Shown here in pieces: positions 51,960 to 64,000 of a DNA stretch of 64,000 nt. This DNA is from Azolla caroliniana (Eukaryota; Plantae; Polypodiophyta). Location of the stretch: positions 5,828,001 through 5,892,000 of the forward strand of contig JBHGNT010000003.1 of NCBI GenBank assembly GCA_043228905.1, given 5' to 3'. The translations under genes were made by a program, and so were the position numbers. Position 1 is the stretch's first letter. Each line of letters starts with the position of its first letter. Below the pieces are notes generated by a model. The model was not told the origin of the DNA, searched no databases, and worked only from the letters and a program-made list of their open reading frames with translations.

Positions 51960-54663
51960 TCTGATCCATATGTGGGTTGCACCTTTGTTCACATTTATGT
52001 GAGATGTGGAAGCGTTCTGGATGCTTATTGTGCATTCATAATGATTCTAATTAAGCCAACTGAACCATGGAAAGTTATAATTGAAGATTTTATGAACTCT
52101 AGGACCTATGTAATTGGGAAGTTGTCAAGCTCTTTTTTATCAGATGCAGAAGGAAGTAATAAAGCCAACTCGAGCCACTTTCCTTTGTCTTGAAAGCGTG
52201 TTCTATTTGCTAAAAGGTTAGCATGTCCATGCTTTTTTTATCAAATGTGATGTGAATTAAGCCTTTTTTGGGCGATGGACACTTTACACATGTATGCGAA
52301 TTGTCACATGTTGTAAGTCGCACACAATGTGTTTTATAGGTCTTTGACATGGGATGTTGTGATGCACAATACATTAATAGAAGGGCATGCCCATTATGGA
52401 TACTTTCAAGAAGCACTCTCTTTTCAAGAAAATCGAAGTTCTGACTTTTGATCTAGATCAGGCATCCTTTGTCTGTGTTTTAAAAGTGTATCAAAATTGT
52501 GATGCTTTCCAATATGGTATACAAATCATGCCGATGTTGTCAACAATGAGCTTGATTCTTGAGATCAATGCACTTGCTGATCATAATCGTATGCATATGT
52601 ATATATCTTGTGAGGACATGGAGCTTGCATCTTGTTGAAAAGTTATGAAACCCGAATATGGTTAAATGGAGATATATCTTGTGAAGACATGGATGGAGTT
52701 TGCATGTTGTTGAAAAGTTACAAAGCCCAAATACGGAGCACATTGATTTCAGGTTATGCTGAAAATGGCTATGGTGAAGTTGCTCTCAAAATCCTTGATG
52801 AGATGAGATACCAGGCATTCAAAACTAATCAAATCAGAGCGTGAGCGTTTTAAAATCATGTTCCTCTAGTCCAAGAGCATGACAAAAGGGAGCAAGATCA
52901 ATACAGATACTATTGTATGTGGCTTTGAGTTGGATTCATATGCCGGTATATATGTGGCATGTGCCAGTATGGAATGCTGTTATTGGTAAATATGTGAAAT
53001 GGAAGAAGCTAGTCACATTTCATAGAATGCCTTCCAAAAATGTTGTCACATGGATAACATTGATTGCAGGGTATTCTTCACAACCTGGATATTGTGATGA
53101 AGCAAACATACTTTTGGAGAGAATGCAAAATGAGGTAAAGAGCGAAATTCTGTCCATCACTTTGCCATCCCTACGCAAATTATGTTCAGTAACATAAACC
53201 AAAGTCGTGTTGAGAGATTCATTGATTTGGGGCCAGAATTTGATTATGCATGTGTGGGCTCTATACTAATCAACATGTACTCTCATTGCTTTTGCCCTCA
53301 TGATTCATGCAGACCAATGAACAAATGCCTCACAGAGGAGTCATCATGTGAAATGCCCCCTAATTTGTAGCTATGGTCAGCATGGAATTTTTACAGATGC
53401 AATGAATTTGTTTCAACAAATGCAAGACGCAGGTGTCATTTAGTTGAATTAGGTTACATACATATAATTCTCTTGAAAGCTTAATATCAGACCAATGGTG
53501 AAGACTTTGAGCAGCACTTTTTGGATCCATCTTTGTGATAACGGTGCTTGTATCAATTTTCTTGCAAAATCAGAATGTCTTGAAGATGATAGTAGAATAT
53601 TTGGTAGCCTACTAGAGCGAACTATTGTGACATGGAACTCATTTATGGCAGGATATGATCAAAACAGGAATCATAAGGAAGCATTGAATTTTAAGTAAAA
53701 AAGCATGTGGCCTGTATAGATGGTCTGGTCACTGGTCCTGAGTCATACATGTGTTCATCAAAAAATTTAAATTTTATTTATTTATTGATGCTTTCAGTGT
53801 GCATCTGCCTTCCGAGCTCATTGGTATTGAAGTGCATGTGAATCAATGGCATGCTACTTGAGCGCATTGGTCACAATCACCCTTTGTTCTAGCACATGTG
53901 CTTTGCCGAAGACATCCGCCTCACAATGAGCTCATCTTCTTAGCCCAAGGCATGTTATGGGGACTAGCATCAACTTGAATTGTTTGTATTTGGATTGATT
54001 GCTTGACCTCTTGGGCCATCACTTCCTGTGGAACTTTTGCATTGACATGACCACATTTCTCGTACATGCTGACTAAAGAATTGTTTACCATTTCATGTCC
54101 CTTCCTTACAACTTCCATGTGTACTGCTTTGTCCTTGTCCAAATCATTCGCGCTACAAAATCCATTTTGTAATACATGTGTAGGTGATACTAATTGGAAG
54201 AAAGCCTTGTTAATTGCTTATCTTGAAGTCCTTCCAATGCTTTCACCCCAAACCCATATTAACTGTGTCCTGCAATAAGTGAATTCCACAAGGTTACAAT
54301 TTGACAAGGCATTTTGTCAAACACATCTTCAGATTTTGCTAGCATTACATATCAGGAAACAGGTTGGGAATGAGAGAGCCTCCTTCCAGGCCCTGTTTAA
54401 CAAGAAGAAAATGCATTGCTTGCCCTTCAGATGTGGCTCTGCTAGCACATCAAACCTTTTGGAGGGTACAAAATATGCCCAGCATTTATAAACCACCCAA
54501 AGTCTGCATAAATGTCAATCAACGCATTACCAACTGAAACTTCATTTCCAAGAAGGCCATTTTCTCACAATTTGAGCATGGATTTTAGTGACCCTTTTCT
54601 ATGCCATAGAGAGAACCATGCTTAACCTTCTGCTTGAGGCCACATGCTTTTTTATTTAAAATT
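51960..54663. pseudogene. PLS-class pentatricopeptide-repeat pseudogene; 5' part on + (about 51960-53713), 3' part inverted on - (about 53920-54663)
   Basis: YVRCGSVLDA, STLISGYAENGYGEVAL, MPSKNVVTWITLIAGY and TIVTWNSFMAGY on +. IHAQIV...VGNALIDIY and NNSLVSMYEKCG on -. Many stops and frameshifts. Confidence 0.8.
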
Positions 54664-55043
54664 AAAGAAGCTCAAACTAGACTAAGTATTCAACCCACAC
54701 CATCTACAGCCTCTCACTATTACATTATCTACTAAGTGACCTTGGCATCATCTACTCCTCTAGCAATGACTTGCAAAAGGAATGGGTTTGTGTGGGTTTA
54801 GAAGGTGGAACTTTTGGTTCATTTTCTCAACAATTTTGAGATGTTTGACCATTTCTCAATCCTAAGCTTAATCTCTCACTCATGCCACTTAATGTGGAAT
54901 TTGTACATCTTTCGAAAAAGCTAAATTGCTGTGCAAATGTACCTAATAGTTTTGAGGGTGATTTAGGACTGGGATAGAGTGGTTTTGTGGCCTTGTCATC
55001 GAAAAAATTAGCAGGTTACTAGTTGATTGGTGGAGGTGTTTTG

Positions 55044-55629
55044 CTCTAGTCTTGACAACATACACCAACTTTTGATGCTATGTGTTGAGCATCTCCATAG
55101 TGGTTGTCAGGTGTCATTGGCCCCGCCTAGTCAATGCCATTAGTTTCACCCAGTGTATGCTATCGTTCGATTGCTATCTACTTGATCATACATAGTTCTA
55201 AAGTACTACAGAGCTCATTGGTCAGACAATCTGCTTGAAGTATCTCCGGAGTTGTCGTCTGACCAAGATGGTTGTAAGGGCCTCTGTAGTGGCATCGTTC
55301 TTGATGGAAAGGCCTATACCTCTTAAATTTTAATCATGCCTCTAGTCTTGACAACATACACCAACTTTTGATGCTATGTGTTGAGCACCTCCATAGTGGT
55401 TGTTAGGTGTCATTGGCCCCGCCCAGTCAATGCCATTAGTTTCACCCGGTGTATGCTATCGTTTGATTGCTATCTACGTGATCATACATAGTTCTAAAGT
55501 ACTACAAAGTTCATTGGTCAGACAATTTGCTTGAAGTATCTCCGAAGCTATCGTCTGACCAAGATGGTTGTAAGGGCCTCTATAGTGGCATCATTCTTGA
55601 TGGAAAGGCCTATACCTCTTAATCATGCC
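55044..55629. repeat. 296-bp tandem duplication (2 copies)
   Basis: CTCTAGTCTTGACAACATACACC starts at 55044 and 55340. The copies are highly similar through TATACCTCTT...AATCATGCC. Confidence 0.92.
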
Positions 55630-56049
55630 CGAAAACATTCAGTTTGCACTTCACTAGGCTATGACCTTAGCAAGGTAGAATTGCCCTTGGATGTCTCACT
55701 CTCTTGTGAGGTTAGGGTAACTATTATGGTACCACTACCACACATAACTTTATCTTAACAATATAGATGATGGAGGGCACAAATCATATATAAATAGTCA
55801 CGATGTGTACCAACTAGCCAACATTAATCACTTAAGGATAACTTAAACATTTATTTGTGCAAAATCAAAATCAAAACAGAAGAAAAAGATTTTGCTCACT
55901 GATTATATAGAATATATTACAAAGAAATATATATATCAATGATCTTCCTTCTTCTTCTCCTTTTGTTACATGGTGTGATATTTATACACGGTTGGTGCTT
56001 TCAACTTTTGGAATCTAGGACCTCTTGGGGCTTGCATTCATCTTCATCT

Positions 56050-57250
56050 TGAAATGCTGACCATTAGGGATTGAGGATTGCAGTTTCATACTATTGTTCA
56101 AATAGTATAATATGGAATACATTGTGGATGTGAAAATGCATTGGGAGGTCTAGTTGTAATGCAATTGTGTTAACTTGTTGGTAAGGGTATAATTTCTTGT
56201 AGTCCAATGTGACACAAGATTAGGTATCATGATCCACAAATCCTAAAAATCTAGGTGACTGAAAGTCAAGTGTTTCCTTCATCTTTTTTTTCATGCTTTG
56301 GTGTTTATTGAGTAGTGTTGAACATTGCTCTAGGAAATCGCAAAGGGTGGCTACATTTCAATCTTGTTGATAACCAAAAACTTACACTGAATCAATACAA
56401 AAACTAATAAAGGGAGGTTTGAGGGAAAGACCACCACAATTGAGGCCCAAGGTTAGTGGCCATTCAAAATGACTATACAACATCAAAGAGTTCATGATTA
56501 GGAGACTTTTAAGTAAATTTATCAGAAGAAATAGTGATAGTTTCATGATAAAGTCTTGTGAAATAATCTAGACAACAAAATGAACAATCATCGTCTTGTC
56601 ACGCACTTTGACAATTTGTTTATTCAAAAAGTTTTTATGGAATGTAGACCAATTTGTCATAGAAGATGAGCCAATCTTCAAATGTAAATTTACTCACATC
56701 GTTGCATTTCAAGAACTTGGTCGAACTTGTCAAACACTTTTTTATATCCCTTGAGAATAGAATTAAGCTCTTCATTGTGAGGATATCCTTAATCATTGAT
56801 TCATTCATAGGGAGGATCTACGTGATAAAAATTTGACTTGACCATGTTTTTTATGGGTTTGAGCTTATAGGTCACAAAGCTTAATCCCTAATAGAAATTG
56901 AACCAAGGAAGATGGTTGGTCAATGAAGGTTTGCAGAAGTCAACATATGGGTTGGCACTTCCTTGTGCTTCTTTAATTCGATCTTTTGTCTTGATTCCCA
57001 CAAGGACACTTGTAAACACACATTTTGCGTGCAAGATAATGTGCTTGTATTTGGCGACTTGTATTTCAGGCATATAAAGGTTTTCTTTAGAAGGTTTTGA
57101 GACTTTAGAAAATTTAAGGGTGGGTACAAAGGGGAAAGAAAGTAGGTAGTCAGTGTGAAACCTAGGCTTGGAGAATTGGGGGTGTAGGATTGGCCTCATG
57201 CATTGGTTCGATGACATCAAGTAGTAGGAACAATGGAGAGAGGGATGAAA
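56050..57250 (-). mobile_element. Degenerate Ty3/gypsy relic (integrase C-terminal motif)
   Basis: The minus strand near 56113-56162 reads ALQLDLPMHFHIHNVFH (AYxLxLP...IHxVFH motif). The remainder is heavily decayed. Confidence 0.5.
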
Positions 57251-58679
57251 GAAATGGTTTTAGTGTCTTCGATATCATGACTAACAATTATTGTGGGGTA
57301 AATTATGATGATAATAGGACATAATCGACGAATAACTAATTATGCAATAATATATTTTTTTGGATGCTAAGAACCATCAGTATGTTTTTGAAATAAATCA
57401 AATGGGTAAATAAATTTTGGTATTTTGGTTTTGTAATTACTTCTAATACGTCTCCTTGAATTACTATAATTGATCTAAATACTTGATATTTTACGAGGGA
57501 AGGAAAAGTTAAATGCAACGCAATTTAGTTTTAAACATCGTTTCCATGGATGCTTGATAAAAACTATATTTTTTTATGAAATCAAATTATTCCATTTATT
57601 AACTTTAATTTGTTTTCCACCATGACAATCATCCCCATGCACAAGGGATTAGAGAGTGATCAATTTATACCCCTCGGGCCTCTATGTGAAACCTAGGAAT
57701 AAACCATTAAACCAAACTACTTAAACTTATAAACAACTAAACTGAGTTCTATACTAGATACATGTTACCATAAACATGGATAAACGGGAGAAAAAAAGCA
57801 CAATTACATTTTGAGTCTTATTGTGCATTTCTACTTAATGCTAAAATAAATACAAATATGGACAAGTACACATACGTTGGTTCCATCAATATGTTGGACA
57901 TCAAGTATTACCAAACTTGGGGAAAAATCATAAGAATCCATTTAAAGCATGTCATCACAAGTCGAGTCATAGCAAAACACGCACCATATTTGATGTAATC
58001 CATGCTTCATTTGTGAACCTTACTTATAGGGTGCACACCTAAGTCTTAGTAATGTGGAAAAGGTCGTCATGCATATATGCACACAAGCTGAATTCACAAT
58101 AATGTGCACACACATGTATATGTTTGTGCAGGTAAAGGGTACGGTTGGACAATAGGAATGCAAGAAGTGTGTGTGTTCTTGTTCTACCTCTAGCTATAAG
58201 AAGAAGGTGCATTTTGTTTTTTTGTCTCTTCATTCCATTTGTCATCGTTATACCTAGAGCAACAAATCATCATTATAATTTGATTGACTTTAGGTTATTA
58301 CCTCCCTAATTCCCTTTAAATTCATTGGTTTATCTCATTTTCTTTCGATAATCATCTGTCATTTGTGTACAAGTCACTTTGTAATGTATTAAAGAGAACT
58401 AATCAAGTTACAAAATGCAAGGAGTATATTGTTCTATTCGGTTAAGGTTCTAAAATTTTAATTGAGTCTTATTCTAGGGTTTATCACACTTTCAAATCTT
58501 GTGCAAATCCCTTGTATCGATTCACTATTCTAAGTTCTTGTTATTTACTCACATCTTGAAAACCTCCCTCACATTATTTTTATAGTTTTGTAGATCTTCC
58601 ATTTTGTCTCTTAGTTCCATCAACGATATAGTCATGGCAGATATATTGAAATCCATTGTATTATACAGATCACATGATC

Positions 58680-60901
58680 ATGGATGCACAAAAGGAAAAG
58701 AAGAGGGTGGTTTGTGTGACTGGGGCATCAGGATTTGTGGCATCATGGCTTGTCAAGAGGCTCTTAGAGCATGGCTACTATGTTCGTGGCACTGTTAGAG
58801 ATCCCGGTATAACTAAACAAATATATATATATCATAATTATGTAAATTATATTGTCTGCATCTTCTATGTATTTGTACAATTAGAGTTTAAGCAGGACAA
58901 AGCGATATGATCTTTTTTTAGATGGTTTGATATAGACATGCATACATTTTTTAGTTAATCACAAGAATGAAAATATATGGTGTGGTGCAAAACGACGCAT
59001 CCACATTGCGAAGATTTAAAAAGACCAGTACATGATGGAGAGGAACTTTAACTCACTTCTATAAGCATTTGGATAGTTACAAACTAAAGTAATTAGAAAC
59101 AGTTGAGGTATGTTAGAAATAGATGATTTATTATTGTTGCTAGTAACATGATCAAGTAGACCAAAAACATCATTGCTAGAGACTCGAGAGGCTTCTTTAT
59201 TGTACTTTCCACAAAGTTCATACTCATGCTTAGATAGAGGACATACTATTATGTGTCAAAGATACAAAGGGAGATTGCATATATATGTAACATGCATATC
59301 CATAATTGTTAAAAATGAAAGCTTCAACCATTCACATATTTAACAAAGACAACAAGAATCTTGGTTAACTTCCTAAATGCATCGTCAACATCATATTGTA
59401 TGCTCGAATTGTAGTTCCCAAATGTAATTGGATGATATTTTACTACTCCTTTGCTACTTCTTTCACAATTTGACAATGCTAAAACATAAATTGGATGCAT
59501 TTTTACTCATGTACCAATCCATTTTTGTCCTATTTAAGATAATGTTGCAAAAACACAACATCTTCGAACACTTCATGGAGCTAAAGAGAGGCTTGAGTTA
59601 TTGCGAGCTGACCTTTTGGAAGAGGGTAGTTTTGATGCTCCAATTAGTGGCTGTGAAGGTGTCTTCCACACCGCAACCCCAGTGAAATTGGTTGAAAAAG
59701 ATCCCAAGGTAAGATTTAAAGTTCATTTGAGTTCAAATTTTTGGAATGAGCTAAAACAAATGTTTAACTTAAACAATTATGTGCCCATGGGAGTTTGAAA
59801 AATCCTGCTTTCCTTGACCCCTTCTTTAGGTGGAGTTGATAGATCCCGCTGTAAAAGGAACCCTTAATGTCCTACAAAGTTGCAAAAAGTCACAAACAGT
59901 TAAGCGGGTTATCATTACATCCTCTAGCGCCGCAATTCGTTTTAGAGCTGACATTGAACCAGAACAAGTGCTTGACGAATCTAGTTGGTCATCTTTAGAA
60001 ATATGTGAGCAATTCAAGGTAAACAAAGGAATATGAAAACTTTAACAAACTGAGTCAAAGTTAAAGTTCATGCAAATAAATTTGTCTATTTATTTAAAAA
60101 TGTACAATCTATTTATATACATATGTGAACATTTATACATATTTAGCTAGGAATTTTTTTCGAATATTAAGTAACACATAGATTTGTAATGCTTTGTATG
60201 CATATTTGATTCAAGTTTCATGTTTTTTGTTTTCAAGATATGGTATGCAATGGCCAAGGTCCTTGCTGAAAGAGCAGCATGGGACTTTTCTGAGAAGAAT
60301 GAATTGGATGTTGTAGTCATTCATCCAAGCTTTATTATTGGGCCAGTCTTACCTCCTGATCTTTGTTCCACCGCTTCAGATACTTTGGGTCTCTTGAAAG
60401 GTTAGAAATCTTATGATGAATGCTTTTGGGTTATGCATCTAGTATGGCCAACCTTTTCAATCATGTAAACACAGGTGATAGCACTAAATTTTCATATCAT
60501 GGGAGAATGGGATATGTGCATATTGATGATGTTGCAAGTGCTCACATCTTAGCATATGAGGATCCCAAAGCAAAAGGAAGATATATTTGCTCTTCTATTG
60601 TTTTAGAAGTTCAAGACCTTGCAGAACGTCTTGCTGCTAGATATCCCAATTTACACATTCCACTAGAGTAAGAAAGTATTCCTTCAATTGTCAACATTCA
60701 TGATAACGTTTTTATCACAAAACCAAATTCTAAATGATTGAATTTCTTTGTTTATGTCATAGATTTCAAAACTATGGAGAGAGACCTCGTTACCTTCTTG
60801 ATTCATCCAAATTTGAGAAATTGGGCTTGCGTTTTAAGTCTATTGAAGATATGTTTGATGATTGCATATCGTCATTTAAAGCCAAAGGTCTTCTTGAGTG
60901 A
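58680..60901 (+). CDS. TKPR1: Tetraketide alpha-pyrone reductase 1-like (DFR/CCR-family SDR). Exons 58680-58806, 59539-59708, 59830-60018, 60238-60400, 60475-60667, 60763-60901; 326 aa
   Basis: [19 protein letters not shown] (NADPH fold), TSSS, WYAMAK (YxxxK), and the TKPR1-typical [17 protein letters not shown]...[18 protein letters not shown] introns with closing phases. Alternative in-frame ATG at 58674. Confidence 0.92.
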
Positions 60902-61545
60902 AATTATTCGCAAATCAGTTAAGACTGTGATGTATTTCCTAAAAATATGAATGATCAAACTCTAGAAATAATATTGGGATAATACATTGTGGTTCAATTT
61001 TTTTAAACATGTGAATTCTTACTACTAATTATTGATGGCTATATAAAGCTAAATAATCTTAGATTAGTGAATTATGCACATGTTGCATTGAGTGTTTGAC
61101 GTATGTATGTATAATTGTGTAATTTCCAAACTTTGTTTCTCATTGACAAATTTCTCTATTATATTGGAAGTTATCAAATGGTTAAATGGACTATATCATT
61201 TAATATACCAACTTATTGGGACACCTTAAACAAATGCAACATGTTTGCATACTAATGGGTAAGGCTGTAGAGTTCTCCCAATGTTGCTTTAATAACTAGT
61301 AGTGCAAGTTCATGTAGACGGACAACGGGAAATGCAATCAACGTAGTTAGGTCTTCCCTAGGTAAGACACATATGCACTTACATCAAAAATCATATTAAT
61401 GAAAATTTTGATCTATGTACATTTCAGTTTTACGTAGTTAAGCCAATCATTTGACTAGAAGATAAATATTGACAAAATGTCATGTTCCCTTTTCTAACAC
61501 CCACATTATATTCAAAAATTTTATATGTTAAAAGCCAAGTTTTTT

Positions 61546-62107
61546 TTTATTTTTTTCCCCAAAAATATCCTACTTCCATTAGTTAAGAAAAAGTACATAG
61601 GATAATATACAACTCATATGTTACAAGCCACTTTGCATGACTACAAGAAAACAACATGTATAAATGAAGCAACAAAGCCTCAGCACAAAATTACTCAACA
61701 GAATTCCCACAACATGAGCCTCAGACAACCCACATTCAGTAAAGACACCCTCCAATCTCTTCACAATTCAGCACCCACCTCTATGATTAGTACCATTGGA
61801 GGAAACAGCCACTGGGGTGGCTAAGAAATCCACTTTGCATTGCCATCCACCATCAGTAGCATTGGAGAACCTCTCCATTTAAGAAGGAAGCAGTATCTAA
61901 CTTCTTCACTCGCATCAAAGGGCCCCTGAAGGCTGTCAAACTTTCCTTGTAGCGTAGAAATCAGATTAAACCAAATCATCATTAAACTCTCAGCCGATGG
62001 GGTTCGCTTCCCGGTAAACGACTCCTTGCACCTAGATACCCACCACACTTGCCCACCAGTAAGGCCAGCCACTAAAAACCAAATATCTACGTACCATTCT
62101 TGTATGT
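61546..62107 (-). mobile_element. Short 5'-truncated L1-type LINE (3' end) with 13-bp TSD
   Basis: TSD AGCCAAGTTTTTT at 61533-61545 and 62108-62120, with a T-tract (minus-strand A tail). The peptide aligns with 37942-38301, including the terminal P-WLFPP. Confidence 0.85.
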
Positions 62108-62699
62108 AGCCAAGTTTTTTATTAACAACAAAATATATCCATTAAAATTTCGACAACAAGAGACAAGGTAATATCACATTTTATTGTTGCATTTTGAAAT
62201 AAATAGAAAAGCCTAACTTTTTTGGAAAAAAGAAAAGAAAAGCCTAACCATATATGTAGTGCATTCGTTAAAAGTGTTATATAATGGCTATAGTTTCTTG
62301 CCTCTAGTAACCAAACAATTATAGCAAAATGAAGCAACACATATATACATGAACTAGGATGATCCCAAGTCATCGTTTCATCATGCGAAACCTTCAGCAA
62401 AGCACACCTCACTCACCTTGGTTATCCGTGTTCACATTTTCGTAAAAGCTCCTTTAAGCCGTTACGAATATGATTATGCTTCTATGTTAAACGGAAAGAA
62501 GCTTGTAACAAGGATGCCAAAACTAATCCAAGTGGGTGTACAAATTTCTTCTCTCCCTCTAATGAACAATTCGTGGCACAAACAAACAATCATGACATTC
62601 TAATTTCTACCATCACCTAGGTCACTTACCTCTAGAGTCTACACTCACTTCTAAGAAAGTTCAAGCTCTTTGAGATCTATACAATCACACTATCAAATT

Positions 62700-63760
62700 T
62701 GATGCTCTTATTGTGGATCATAAATTTGAAACATTATCCACGTCATTTGAACGTAGCCACCACTCAATCACATCAGAGGTTCTTAATTATCCAACAACTA
62801 TCAATGAGGCATTGTAGAGTCCAAATATTGAATGGCAAGCTTCGATGGAGAACGAGTTTGGATCTCCCTTTGCCAACAAAACATGGATCATAGTATCACT
62901 CATTATATGCTACTATTCTAGCTCATGCAAATGGGTATTGTTTCAAAAATACACCTTGATGGTAGTAAATGGCATGCTAGGAACTTCGTATTGTGGGTCA
63001 TGATTTCCCTCGAGTGGAAGGACTTGAGTATTCTAAAACATTTTCTTTCTTTCTACATATGGAATCATTCCAACTATTATGGATCTAGCCACCATTCTTG
63101 ACGTTGAGGTTCGTCTTTTGGATGCACATGCAACATTCCTGCAAAGTGACCTACCAAAAGAAAACTACATGCCACAAACTCCTAGATTTGAGTCAAGTTT
63201 ACAACTCAACTATGTTTGTTGGATCCATTGATCCCTTATATGGACTTGATCAATCTCCTCGATTATGGTTTCCAGATTTATGAATTTCATGCTCTCTCAA
63301 GCCTACTCTATATCCAAACCAAATATTTACATCGGAAATAACAAGAGATCTAATTAACTATAACATTATATGTGGATGACATCCCTATAATCAATTCAAC
63401 AACCTTCGACCTATCGATTTCATTCACATTGAGTCATTATTACATGTGGTTAGCGTGCTAGATCATTGAGAAGTATGTGATGCACTCCACGAGATTATCT
63501 TTGCCATAGCACGTGTGTATTGACATGTAGGCAATAGTGACTAGCAAAAAAGGTGGATAACCTAGTTACGATTGTCACAACATGAAAGGGTTTAAGATCC
63601 CAAACACATTGGCATATTGTGGTTTGGCATCATTAGCCACTATATGTCTTGGATTCGTAAATGGTTTGGAATTGACCGAGTAGTCTCATTAGACGTGCTC
63701 ACTACAATATTCAGGGGTTCCTCAAAGTTCTTGCAATGTGGGTTAAAAAAATATTAAAGG
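62700..63760 (+). mobile_element. Degenerate copia reverse-transcriptase relic
   Basis: WQASMENEF...ANKTW, CKWVL, LYGLDQSPRLW and LYVDDI, in broken frames. Confidence 0.7.
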
Positions 63761-64000
63761 AATAGAATGTTGGGGTGTGGAAGGTCACATATGAGCTTTG
63801 ACCCCTCTTTGAATTGTGTACAAGATGAGGCCCTTCCAGAAGCAAATGTCAGGATTGTAGGTGGTGGTCAAAACGGAGACTTTATAGGGAAACAAAATCC
63901 ACTAAGCTCATCACCTATAAGTTGTCGGGTGTTGTCATCGCGTTGGTAGTTCAGTAGGAAAACTTTCGGCACAATCAATATGGATATTGAGGAAAACTTG

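Noticed and set aside
58604-58798. Out-of-frame ORF overlapping the TKPR1 start (ATG 58634)
   Set aside because: The transcript start is unknown, and TATACAG at 58662-58668 could be a 5' UTR intron acceptor that removes this ATG. It cannot be supported from sequence alone.
18728-60901. GALT + RR + TKPR1 as a functional gene cluster
   Set aside because: Unrelated pathways (AGP glycosylation, cytokinin signalling, sporopollenin), separated by TE debris, with no shared regulatory signal visible.

Overview
AT-rich, repeat-dense nuclear DNA of a land plant. A fern or other non-seed vascular plant is my guess, from an RTEX-like LINE, abundant (GA)n tracts and compact introns; this is not proven. 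Three intact intron-containing genes can be built by hand: a GT31 hydroxyproline O-galactosyltransferase with a galectin domain (+, 18728-23550, 7 exons, 912 aa, with an unusual triplicated His/Ser-rich stem), a type-A cytokinin response regulator (-, 29184-27474, 5 exons, 230 aa) and a TKPR1-like tetraketide alpha-pyrone reductase (+, 58680-60901, 6 exons, 326 aa). The rest is mostly retroelement debris. It includes two copies of one Ty1/copia family, several solo LTRs with readable target-site duplications (TSDs), two L1-type and one RTEX-like LINE, gypsy and copia relics, a PPR pseudogene split by an inversion, and several tandem repeats. One copia copy is young and interrupted by two related LTR-like elements, one with a 4-bp TSD; the other is full-length, degenerate and part of a four-element nest. 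No clearly new multi-gene system is evident. The best leads are the codon-conserved duplicate splice acceptor or micro-exon in GALT, the TGTCG...CGACA elements at CG-centred palindromic tetramers, and a LINE that appears to target (GA)n.
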